This document shows positions 12,077-23,798 of a stretch of DNA of 64,000 bases, in pieces. A program made the position numbers and the translations under genes. A model generated the notes under the pieces. That model was not told the DNA's origin. It did no database searches and was given only the letters and a program-made list of their open reading frames with translations. Position 1 is the first letter of the stretch. Each line of letters starts with the position of its first letter. Origin of the DNA: Paraphysomonas bandaiensis (taxonomy: Eukaryota; Protista; Chrysophyceae); contig CBFFRP010000346.1 in the NCBI GenBank assembly GCA_965644295.1, positions 1 through 64,000 of the forward strand, given 5' to 3'.

Positions 12077-12958
12077 TTATGGGTCAAAAATTTTACTGCC
12101 GAACTTCGCTTCTATTTCATCTGCATTCTTTAATTTGTCTCGTGAACGAACAGTTCGGTCTTGCTTCGTTGATGAAATCGTGTTCATGGCAACGTCGAGA
12201 TTATCGATATCATCAACATTAAGAAACCTAAAAACTTTGGACATCACACCAACTGTATCTTGATACAAATCCTCGTAAGTTAAAAATATCCACTTCTCAG
12301 TATTTTGTGAAGCATCCGCCATTGTCCGCATGCACACCATAAATTCGTTGTTATATTTAATGTAACTTTCGAGCCAGTCAATAGGCATCCGCATTTTTTC
12401 ATTTGTCGTGTCGTTATGCATCCAAGTGTTATACTTGCGGGCTTTATGTAAGGAAACCAACCCATCAATTGCATTTTTCCGGAAAAGGACAATCTTATAT
12501 ACATTATTCGACATACCTAGAATACGTAATTGATGGTAGTTAAATTGTCGAGTGAAGACTTTAAATCCTACTTGTTGAATTTCATTTCGAACAATATTGT
12601 TGAAGTCATATTGATCATTACATCCATGTTTCTTTTTGCTGGTGCACCTAAAAAGCTTTCTGATAATATCTGTTCGGTTATTGTCTCTGGCTTGCACCGT
12701 GATATTCATGAAATCAGTTTCCACGATTGCAGGGGAGAATACCTCTCCATGGCACAATACCTGGGGGTTCAAATTCAACATATCAATTAAAAAATGGGTA
12801 CCAGATCTAGGTTGCGAAATAACTACAAAGGATTTAGGGTATACATCAACTTCTTTCGGAGGGTAGTAATAAGGTGATGCATCGCGATGACTGAATCGGC
12901 AACTGTTACACTCCGCATGAAGGGGAAAACATACCATTAGCACTAATAATGTCCACAT
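12077..12958 (-). CDS. Sulfotransferase (PAPS-dependent, Stf0-like), signal peptide, intronless
   Basis: 5'-PSB-like SQPRSGTHFL, LNPQVLCHGEVF, GFKVF, 3'-PB-like VLFRKNAIDGLVS, LTYEDL...VFRFL. Confidence 0.85.
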   Translation of the reverse strand: MWTLLVLMVCFPLHAECNSCRFSHRDASPYYYPPKEVDVYPKSFVVISQPRSGTHFLIDMLNLNPQVLCHGEVFSPAIVETDFMNITVQARDNNRTDIIRKLFRCTSKKKHGCNDQYDFNNIVRNEIQQVGFKVFTRQFNYHQLRILGMSNNVYKIVLFRKNAIDGLVSLHKARKYNTWMHNDTTNEKMRMPIDWLESYIKYNNEFMVCMRTMADASQNTEKWIFLTYEDLYQDTVGVMSKVFRFLNVDDIDNLDVAMNTISSTKQDRTVRSRDKLKNADEIEAKFGSKIFDP

Positions 12959-13314
12959 GCTTCCGAAAACGTGGTGGATAGTTGCTGTTCAGTGCATGTT
13001 ATTAGAAACAGCCACAGTGACAGTGGACGGTGCATAGTTTGATATGTGGACTTGACCTGCTAGTGGTTGTTTCTGTATATGTGACAGCTGTATCTGTATA
13101 CGGTATACACTCTGTATTCTTTATCTGCTTTTCCATACATACATGGCTCCCCTCCGCTGTTCATCACTGCATAAGTGCATTAACAGATCCCGGCTCCTAT
13201 TCTACACCCAATTCAGTGTGAACACACACACCATATGCACAGTTTCGCCACAAGCAAGTGTTCATAATCTAATAGCAGTTTGTCGACGAGCTTCCATTGG
13301 TAGTAACGTACAGT

Positions 13315-14973
13315 ATGGAGGACAGATACAGCAGCCAGAAGTTCTCTATGGTGCTACCTGTTTTATTCTACGAGTACTTAGCGATCAGTATAACGAGATC
13401 CATATTACCTGCTATGCTTGTGGGAGCTTTCGGGAAATGGACGTATGCGATGGTTGGTATCATCGAAACTGTCAAAGGACTTCTGGCCTTTTTTGCCTGT
13501 CCATTATTCGGAAAAGTATCTGATAAAATCGGAAGGAAGTACTGCCTTCTAGCGACTGTCATAGGTAATTGAATTTACTTTGTTCTGTGTTCTAATATCT
13601 CCGAAGGTACTACTTTCCCAATATGTGTGATGGCATTTACTTCGAATATGTGGATATATGTGGGTGAGTACCTAACACTTCAGCGTGAATCGCGTAAACT
13701 TTGTTTTTATTCATTAGTTTGCGTTGGTTTGTCTGGCTTGTTTTCTGCGACTTTTCCACTGACTTTTGCATACATTGCTGACTGCGTGAGCCCTCATAAG
13801 CGCGCACCGGCATATGGCCTTGCTCTTGCCACACTAGGTTTGTCATTCACCATAGGACCGCCAATGGGAGGTTATATCGACACAAAGTTCAGTACACGGT
13901 CTGTGTTTGTGCTATCGTTGGTTCTTGTTGTCATCGACGTGCTTTACATTCTCTTTCTTCTTCCTGAGACCGTTCAGCCGGATCAGGTGCGCCATTCTTA
14001 GGCTTTCCAATGCTAATCCCTCGTAATTGTGTCATGCAGGCTAAAGCAGGCTCTTTCAAAAAGAAACTCAACACTGCTTTAGAATATTTGCCTCATACCT
14101 GGGATCTTTCTAACACATTCCGCATATTCGGGTAAGGAATACACCACGAGAGTGCTTGTGCTGTGCCTTTATAGTGTATTATTTTCTTCCTTATCTGGTG
14201 TCATTACTGCTGTTGCAGGGGTGACGGCTTCATGAGACACATTGCTTACATAGTTTTTCTGTATTATACTACTGTGTGGGCAGTTGTCTCTACTCTCATG
14301 GTTTACGTCACTCGCCATCTGGATTTTAGCCCTATTACTGTAGGCTGGTTGCTGTGTTTTTATGGTGTTTCGACAATGTTCTCGGAGGGTGTGTTGGTTC
14401 GACTCATTGTGCCATGGCTAGGAGAACTCAATTCGATGCGAATTGGCCTGCTCTGTTTTGCAATACAATCAGTCATGCTGGCATTCAGTTCATCTCCTAC
14501 TTTGATATTTATGTCTGTTGCATTCTCGATGATATCGAATTTGGTTTACCCATCCATATCATCCCTTGTTTCAAAGTCTGTGGAAGAAGCAGAGCAGGTA
14601 ATTTCCCACATTATCTAGATTATGTCGCCGCCTTTAACTGCTGGATTCCAAACAGGGCGAGGCTCAGGGTGCCCTCAATGGTATCAAAGCTCTCACAGAG
14701 GGTTTTGGACCACTGGTGTTTGGTTCGCTTATGGCTCTTTTTGAGGGAGGGTCTCTTCTACCTGGCGCGCCCTACTTAGTAGCTGCATTTGGAACTGTAT
14801 TTGCATTTCTTCACACTTTTGAGCTTCCTTCCGATTATGAAGCCACTATTCCAACTTATAGCTTTCCTAGCATGAACTATAAGATTCCTTCTAAAGAAAA
14901 GCAAGGCCTACTTGCGATGGATTCTTCCGACGAGGAGTGTGAAGACCTCGCGTCTAGTTCTGTTCGCTTATAG
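13315..14973 (+). CDS. MFS transporter, MFSD14/HIAT1-like, multi-exon
   Basis: FGKVSDKIGRK (MFS motif A), FSATFPLTFAYIAD, AYGLALATLGLSFTIGP, GEAQGALNGIKALTEGFGP and PGAPYL across short GT-AG introns. 5' end uncertain. Confidence 0.85.
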
Positions 14974-15260
14974 CGGATATGAGATAAAATATATGCCAAA
15001 ATCTACTATTGACTATACAATAGTACTTAACTAGTACTATAATTGGTATGTCGATTTGCTTTTAGGGGAATTATGGGTTGCTGAATTGATATAGAGTTTC
15101 TATTTATTGTTACCACTCTTCCTCTAATAAGTGTACAGAGTAGCTCATATTAATATTAGCGCGCTGAGTGACTTGAAAATATGCAGTTGTTACGATTACT
15201 TTGGAAATACAATACTTACAGTTGATAATCATATGCACACTGCAGACATCTCCCAGGTAG

Positions 15261-16079
15261 CAGGGCTAGGAAACAATATATTGAATTGCAATACATTGTT
15301 CAATATATTGTAAAATGTATTTATTGGTCGACCGGCCAAAAATCCCATCAATATTGTTTCTGTTAAAGTATCTCACAATATATTGCAATATACTGCAATC
15401 AATATTATGATAGTCATATAGGAGAAGATTCTCAACTGTAAGGTGCAAAATGGATATAAATAACCGAGAAATTGATTACAACATTACATAGGATGATGAA
15501 GCTGATGTTGACTATGCAAATAAAAATCTTCAGTCAGCTCAAAAACTTAAGAAACATACTGGTCCACGAGTCATTAACGGTTACCTGGCCCTGGTGTGGA
15601 CTTCCAATACATGGGAGCGTCTGTTCAGCGCAGCTAAACATATTATATCAGTGTTTCGCAAAAGTATCCATCCTACTTAATATGCTGTCTGTTGTTTCTG
15701 AAAGCGATTCGACAGTTGCGGCCGAATACTAATACATTTCAATTAATTCTGTGGATGAATATGGTGATGTTGACGTCACCGATGATGGCTCAGAGGATGA
15801 GGACGAGGTGGATTTTTATTAGCTATAAGCAGTAGTTGGTTTATAGTTGTCATGTGATCTTAATGACTAATACTAAAAATGGAATCTACGGATGTGTTTA
15901 CTTACTGATTAGTCATACTAATATATTGCAATACATTGACAATATATTGCAATATATTGTAATTGTATTGTTTGCAATATATTGTCAATGTATTGTTGGG
16001 CCTGTTTAAAATCTCCATCAATAGTATTGTTGGAACGCTCTCTAACAATAGTATTGCAATATATTGTTTCCTAGCCCTG
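15261..16079 (+). mobile_element. Non-autonomous hAT deletion derivative (819 bp)
   Basis: Perfect 23-bp TIRs CAGGGCTAGGAAACAATATATTG and 8-bp TSD CCAGGTAG (15253-15260, 16080-16087). Contains a decayed transposase 3' remnant (SNTWERLFSAAK). Confidence 0.95.
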
Positions 16080-16539
16080 CCAGGTAGTACGTCTTCATAG
16101 TCACTGAACTCTGTTACAACATACAACACACTATCAACCATGAACTACCATTCTTTCCACTCGTTCTCTTGCTTCACTTCACTATTCACTATCACCAATC
16201 AATAATTTTAACATGTAACTGAACTTGTAATACCACACCTCTCAATTAATTAAAATTATGACAAACATCTCTCATCATTAGTTGTCATTTATTTCGCCAA
16301 AGAATCTATATCGTCACCGCTACCAATCAACATAATATTATCAAATCTTACATATAGTTGCGAAGATATAGTTTAGCTAAGCTCCTTTTTAGAGCATATC
16401 AATGATGTATGTATAATGCTATTTTTAAATACATTATTCTTCCCAATATTGTAAAAACTGAGTACTCCTTCCCAATTCAAATCCGTAGATTGATATTTCT
16501 TCATAACCCATTAACAATCCAAACTCGTACCACTTTGTA

Positions 16540-17167
16540 GTGTTCTGGGGGATAAAAGTACCGGAGATATTTCTTCGGGAAACTAGCGTGAGGTGCATAT
16601 ATATATAGTCAGCAGATAATTTTCGACCCACTCATAGCCAAATGCTTGTGTGGTACAAGGAACACTAATTAGTGTCGCTTGTGTAGACGTTTTTGGGCCT
16701 TGACGAATAAACAGGTATCCGAGGCTGGGCCCAAAAACCCTGAAGTCAGCAGATGTCAGGTATATCAACCTTCTGCTTGCTCACTGCATTTCCTGTGATT
16801 GATAGAGCAAAAGTGGTTGCACCTTGGTGCTTGCAGTGACGCACAAGTAGCTTTCGTAGCGCTAAATAGTAGGATATCAGAGTAAATCACTAGTTAGTTA
16901 AATTGTTTTGCTACATTACTTCTGACTCTTTCACGCCTATTGCTAATAGTCATATATGAAAGTCTTATAATCATATAATCAAGAACTAATACCAGATATA
17001 AGTAGTTAGATGAAGACTAGTCTACACAAGTGCACTTACATTTTAGTGTTCCTTGAACCACACAAGCATTTGACTATGAGTTGGCAAAACAATATCTACT
17101 GACAATATATATGCACCTCACGTTAGTTTCCCGAAGAAATATCTCTGGTACGTATCCCCCAGAACAC
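16540..17167. mobile_element. MITE family B with ~150-bp imperfect TIRs
   Basis: 16540-16688 (GTGTTCTGGGGGATA...CTTGTGTAGAC) is inverted at about 17020-17167. No TSD could be resolved. Confidence 0.8.
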
Positions 17168-17638
17168 CAGTGCTGACGAAAAGGTAGGAGTCCGACTTTG
17201 TTGAGGGTATGATAAAAGAAAGCATGCATGTATGTGAATCCCGAGCAGTTAAATACAGCGAAGTGAATTCATGAGAGCAGACAACAACAGATAGATGACT
17301 GGTATATTTACCAAGGTTTTGTGTGATCCACTAATATTATTTATTGAACAAAGAAGCAAATTTTGTGGGACATTTTTAAAACTACTGAACACATATAATA
17401 TATTATTATTATAAAGGTACCCAAAAGGTTAAAAGAGTTCGTCGTAACTAGAATGATGGGAGCTGGCGAGCTAGCTGTACCAGTGGAGTCATACTTCCAC
17501 CTTCTGCCTGTGTCGTATGAGATTCGGTGGTTGCGTATCTGATAACAATTTTGATCATATATTTTGAAGTGAGAAAAAAAACTAATTTTTTTAAGATCTA
17601 CTGTTTAGAGTTTAAAATAATATATACTATATAGTGTG

Positions 17639-17721
17639 ACTAAGTGTGAATAGAAGTAAGTGTTACTAAGTGTGAATAGAAGTAAGTGTTACTAAGTGTC
17701 GAAAGGTTATGTAAGTGTTAC
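17639..17721. repeat. Minisatellite, 26-bp unit ACTAAGTGTGAATAGAAGTAAGTGTT x2 plus a degenerate third
   Basis: Read directly from the sequence. Confidence 0.85.
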
Positions 17722-18611
17722 GTTGTATCGAATGTTAGTTAATGGTAAAAATGAAACAAACTAAGACTAAGGAACAGATAGCAAAAAATATTACTAAGTA
17801 GAAACAAACGATGCAGGAACAAGTGTTAAGTCAGCCGACGGAAATGAATCGGTTTCAGTGAGCTGGTCATGATACCGTGATGTCTCCAGTTCGGCTGTTC
17901 GAGCTGCCACATGCTGCTGCTCGTTTAAAGTATCCATTCTCTTGCGGCGAATATTAGTAACGAATCATTTCATCCAGTGTATCTGGACAAGTAAGAGCAT
18001 GCAATGTCTGATAGAAGGGATCAGGACTGCAGGATCGTCAGGCAAGGGAGTAAAATCTTCCTCAAGCTCCAGAGCGCAAGTAAAACTCCAGGATTGTCAG
18101 GCAAGGGATTTTTACTTGCGCTCTGGAGTATATTCTGGATACGAGTGTATGGATGGGAGTTCTATGAGCTCTACTGGGATGCCCTTCGCGCTAACGAGAA
18201 CAAAAGCGTCGTTTTTCATCGTCTTGTCCAAAAAATATACCGCAGAAGCCAATCAGAAATGGAGCATGCCAATAAAGAAGTGTCACTCCAGGCAACACTC
18301 ACTGTGAGGACACGAATCTTAGTCGTGATGATAACTCTGACTTGATTGCAGTGAAGTTGTGATTGTGTAGTAATCGCAAATGCTATGCGGCTGACTAAAG
18401 TGTGACGTCGAACAGAACATTGAAGTATTGGCAGGCACTGGTATATGAACAGCGTTTCGGAACTCCAAGAAGCAGATAGGGATGGTTTGAGGGAACAAGA
18501 TATCATCCAGCTGAAATCTTGATGTCGTGTTGCAGAAACCGCAACTTCAATTTTGAAGTAGCGAATGCCACGCACTTAGATTGTGATTTCTTGGAATTCC
18601 AATAAGGCAAC

Positions 18612-18793
18612 AATTCTGTCTGTGGGAATATAAGATCCAGCAGAATATGTCGATCCAGAAAAAAAATCCAGGCTTTTTTGATGCATGTTGTTTTTAGACG
18701 AATATATTTCAGAGAAATAACGAAAAGAGGTCGATTTTTTTGTTGGATCGACATATTCTGCTGGATCGACTTATTGTTCCCACAGAAGGAATT
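18612..18793. mobile_element. Small MITE/foldback (family C) with ~50-bp inverted arms
   Basis: TCTGTGGGAA..GATCCAGCAGAATATGTCGATCCA pairs with TGGATCGACATATTCTGCTGGATC..TTCCCACAGA. Confidence 0.75.
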
Positions 18794-19819
18794 TGAAAGA
18801 GCGAACAATACACAGTGAATCGTGCCATTATTAACTGTGAGTTCGTATAGCAAGCTTCATTACTATGCGGGAGAGCTATTGTAAAGGTTTATGCCTCATT
18901 ATCGACAAAATGAGCGTGACAAGTGGGTTCCCGTGACCTGTAGAAAAGCGGAGAGTGTATGTCTCGAGGTTATTCAAGATGACGCAAGCAAGCAGAATGC
19001 CTATTAGATTGGAGGGGAGTAAAGCATTTGAAATGCGCAGTGAAAGTTCAGTCCGAGTACGTCGTTGATTCATGTGCTGATTTACAGCATGAAACCGTGT
19101 TTGAAATGGAAAAAGAAGACCATGCAGGTGAGGTAGTGGATATGCTCGACTTACTGAGCAATGCTCTCAGTCGTGGTAAAAAGAGAAATAATGTATCAGA
19201 AATGGCTTTAAGCTCCAGAGACTCCCGGCTAGTGTCAGGTAATAAGTATTGGTACTAGAGACTAGAGTAGTGAGTGTGTAGCTGGAGTACTATTGGGCTG
19301 TTGAGTAATAATCAGTTCATTCATTGGGGTACAGTTATTGCTTTTCTGTTACATGCGCAAGCAATAATGAGAACTAGATGGTACTGTACTGAACTATAAG
19401 ATTAGGTGAAATTTAGCATATATCAAGATTTGTCGTTAATTTGCAGCAAACGCATGCATGTGTATGATGTGAGTAATTTCTGCTGTATGATACGAGTTTT
19501 GTGCAATTGAAGTGAGTTATAGTAGTTTGAAATAGTTTAAACCACCTCATAGTTTGGTTTGCAAACACCATGCAATATATATTTTACGCCTCCTGGCCAT
19601 ACACAGATACACAAAACTACGTGGAAGAATGAAAAATCAACCTCTTCAATTAAATATTATTGACGTATATTGATCGGCATTAATTAGAATGCACGGTTCG
19701 CATTATAAATTCGAATCGAATTTTCAAGTAACCGTAAATAAATTTCAATGTAGCAAATCCATTGCACTACAGCGGCTGATGGTATTGTCTAACATATTCA
19801 AATGCTGAGTGATAGCCAT

Positions 19820-21758
19820 CTAAAAACTTTTTCCATTGATAAGCCGATTCAGCATTTCCATTGCTTGCGCCGGGGCTGTTTCTGGCACTTCATGCCTTCC
19901 GCCTCTCACAGTAATGAACTCAAACGACCCGGACCCCATTTCGCTGACATCATAATTGACCGCATACCCACCAACCTGGTTCGTATTACCCGCGGAAGAG
20001 GTGTAAGTCCATGCGTGCCAAGAGTCTTTCACTGAGAACCCCATGTTCTCTGTCCATGCTTCATTGTCAGTATACGGTACACAGGCATCCCAATCGCCAT
20101 TATATACTAGCACATCGATATTCGAGACAAGCTGAGGATAAGTGTTGGCAGGAAGGTTTGTTCGAGTTGATTGGTACGACCATCCAGATGCTGTATTACA
20201 GACTGCCCAGCAAAAACCAGGATCTTTAACATGAATGGCAGCCATCACGTCTGGTTGATTCAGGTATCCGGATGCCGCCGCAGAATCAATGCAGGCATCT
20301 GGTCCATGAGGAACGATGCGCTGTAGTCTACATACACGTTTTAGCCAAAATATTAAACAACAGCAACAATTGTGATTTCTATGCAAATAAAATTTATGTT
20401 GCGATAATCGAGCATATCATCACCTTCTGGTCCCTTCCGAAAGAGGATCCTCGAGAATCTCCCTCAGAGGAACCTTTCCACGAACAACTCCATCCTTACT
20501 GGCACACATGGAGCTGACACAGTCCCCATAAATGTCATACATGTTCACGTGACCAATTTCCAGAGAAGCTTCATTGAGAAGCTGGATGCACTTCGCGGAG
20601 AGGGCACCTGTGTATTGATTATTCATCTACAAGCACAACAAGAAGAGCAACGGTAATAAATACGAATGGCAATGTGGGTACATATCACCACAAAGTTCAA
20701 TAAGATTACGAAATATATCACTTGTAACGCCGCTTCATCCTGAATGCATTTACAAATAGCATCATACTAACCTTCTTCGTTTTTCTCAGCTGCTTCCCAA
20801 TCACATTCTGCATTGATACTGTTCTTTAGGTCTGTGTCTATAAACCCCGTTTGCACAAGATATTGCCACTCATAATAGGTACCCTGGCAAGTTATATTAC
20901 ATACATGAGTTATAAAATACATATAGAAGGAAGTGTATATCAGGTGACCTACCTGGGGACCAGACCCGCATATGCCCACTTCAGTACCTGTGCAACCGTT
21001 TCCCACAGCAATTCCGGTCAACGTCGCACCAGTGTAGGATCCATCCTTCTCCGCATTGAGGATCGCCTCCGCCAGAGTAGGAACATAGATACCAGCATAT
21101 GACTCGCCCGTAATGAAAAATTTGTTTTGAATGTACTCCGGGAACATTGAGTAGAATGCCTCAACTGCGGCAAGGTTATCAGCTGCAGTCTGGTCATCAT
21201 TGCACTTGTAACTATCCGTGTCCGAGTAACTGAACCCTACCCCCACGGGTGCCTCGATGTATAATACATTTGCGATGGAGTTCCAGCGATATTCGCGTTC
21301 CGAAAGAGTTGTGTAGTCTGAATTAATCTCAAATGGTCCATGCTCATAAAAGAATCCGTCGAGGGAAGAGCAACCTAAGAACAATAAAATCTAGGAATAA
21401 ATAGACACGGTTAATACCTGGACCGCCATTAAACCAAAGAACCTATATATAAATCAGAAATATGGCGCTGATCAGAGAGAGAACTAAAACGTACCACAGG
21501 GTCTGTGGCGGGGTTGGCCTCAGATTCAACAAACCAATAATGCAGATGAGTGGTATCCGAGACATTTAAGTAGCCTGAATACTGTTTCGTGGGGGTTGGT
21601 CCATTCCATCCAGGAAGACTAAAAAACAGTCAAAGCAATTATGAATAGTTGATATGGAGTGATGTTGTAAGACACCTGGTGATTTCGTCCGGAGCCCATG
21701 CACTGGATGCGATGTTTAATGTGGAAAGAGCTACTGCTGCATTAACTGAAAACTTCAT
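19820..21758 (-). CDS. Serine carboxypeptidase (peptidase S10), secreted, multi-exon
   Basis: Signal peptide [45 protein letters not shown] (Ser), [10 protein letters not shown] (Asp), [10 protein letters not shown] (His). Confidence 0.95.
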
Positions 21759-22068
21759 TGGAATTATATGATGATTAGGTGTCGAATATATAAGCCCTCT
21801 CTGTGTCCCTGTTAATAGTCTCCAATTACTCCTATCGTATGATTGTATATGCAGTCGTCTGCTGGATATATACATCACTGCTGCTGGTGCTGTATGCAAC
21901 GTCATTCGTATTCGTGTGGATGTGGATCCTATTTTTTTGGATCTGGAGATACGAGATAGCCGATGAATGCATGTGGTGAGGATCTCCATCATGAGGATAC
22001 ACTGTGTTGTGTATGAAACATTGCATACAATAAACAAGTACAATCTTCCTAAAGATCTTGAAGAAATA

Positions 22069-23085
22069 ATGCGAGTCCTGGTCACTGGAAGTTCTGGACA
22101 TCTTGGTAAGCGATTTGATTTACAAAAGCCCATGTTCTGATGCACACCAGGGGAGGCACTGGTGATAACTTTGTCAGAGCAAGGACATGACGTGATTGGT
22201 ATCGATATTATTGCATCACCATCGACTACCTATGTTGGTTCTATCACTGATCGCAATTTCTTGAAAGAGCATATGACTGGAATTGAAGTCGTTTTTCACA
22301 CCGCAACACTTCATAAGCCACATGTGAGTACACACACCATGCAAAACTTTGTTGATACCAACGTGTCTGGAACCTTAAACCTATTAGAGGAATCACTAGT
22401 AGTTGGGGTGTCATTATTTGTTTTCACCAGTACAACTAGTGCATTTGGGGATGCACTTGTACCGTCAGAAAACTTGCCGGCAGCTTGGATAACTGAAGAA
22501 ACTGTACCGATTCCAAAAAATATATACGGTGTGACCAAAGTAGCCGCCGAGGATCTCTGCCACTTATTTTACCGAAATCATGGATTACCTGTCATCATTT
22601 TAAGAACATCGCGTTTCTTTCAAGAGGAGGATGACAACGTTACCATCAGAGACTTCTATTCTGATGCTAATCTGAAGTTAAATGAATATTTGTACAGAAG
22701 AGTGGACATTGAAGATGCTGTTGATGCACATCTTTGTGCAATGAATCGAGGAAACGAAATAGGGTTTGGAAAGTTTATTATAAGTGCAACTACACCGTTC
22801 AAGATGGAGCATCTACAGGAGTTGCGACACCGAGCACCAGATGTGGTCTCTCGTCTTTGCCCAGCTTACTCCGATGTATATGCAAGACATGAATGGAAAA
22901 TGTGTGAGAGTATTGATAGAGTCTATGTAAATGCTCTGGCTAGAGAGAAGCTGGGTTGGAAACCCAAGCATGATTTTGTTTCTGTACTATCTCGGGTGGC
23001 GCTTGTACAATCTGGTGCTGTAGACTCAAGCTTAGTTGCCAGTGACCTTGCAAAGAGAATTGGGGCAAAAGGTTACCACAAATAG
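22069..23085 (+). CDS. NAD-dependent epimerase/dehydratase (extended SDR)
   Basis: Exon 1 MRVLVTGSSGHLG (Rossmann motif), 45-nt intron 22106-22150, then TNVSGTLNLL, TSTT and YGVTK (YxxxK). Confidence 0.92.
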
Positions 23086-23104
23086 TTCATGTTTTGTAGT
23101 ATTA

Positions 23105-23530
23105 ATAGTTATATTTAACTACGGGTTATTAGAATTTTATGTCGTCACGCGCTCAAAATTTTGAAACAAGAGTGAAATGCATGAGTTTAAATATTGACCA
23201 ACGGACAATACCCGTTATCCCTAGGTTAAATTGTAGCTTATCCTCATGATGATGAAAACCTAGTATGTAGAATGTATAGCTTTTTATAGCATGCTTGCTG
23301 TTAGAGTAAATAGGTGTTCCCTGATTAGCATAAAGAAAAATGTAAAATCAAAGTATTGTTTCATATTTATGGCATCTACGTATCTACATAAAAGGAATGG
23401 CAATCATGTATTAGATTAACTCAAAACAATAAATTCCCAAGTTTCATTAAGTAATAGTTATAATGTACCTCTCTACCACAGAAGGATGCTGATGGAATAG
23501 CAAGTGAAGGGTATTGAAATTTCGAAAAAT
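23105..23530 (+). repeat. Dispersed repeat family R1, copy 2
   Basis: ATAGTTATATTTAACTACGGG..CGCGCTCAAAATTTTGAAAC..CCCTAGGTTAAATTGTAGCTTATCCTCATGA. Confidence 0.85.
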
Positions 23531-23798
23531 TGTAGTGAAAATTTTATTAGTAACTAAAGTCACTTATACTTAAGGCGCATATACGACGTTATAAAGTGCT
23601 ACGTTTACAATTTCGCTATCACACAGGATAACAGGTGTAGCAATTAATGAGTAATAGTATTAGTCTTCGAAATTGTAATATGGCGTTAAAATAGTTATCG
23701 ATTACAACAAGTTACATACGCCGCACCTTCGATTGCAAGTGATGATTTATATGTAGTTTCGGAGTTGTATTAAATGTGAAGAGTAGATCGTGTGGCAT

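Noticed and set aside
17850-19260. Protein-like decayed sequence around MITE C
   Set aside because: Stops in the plausible frames and no family signature that I could identify.
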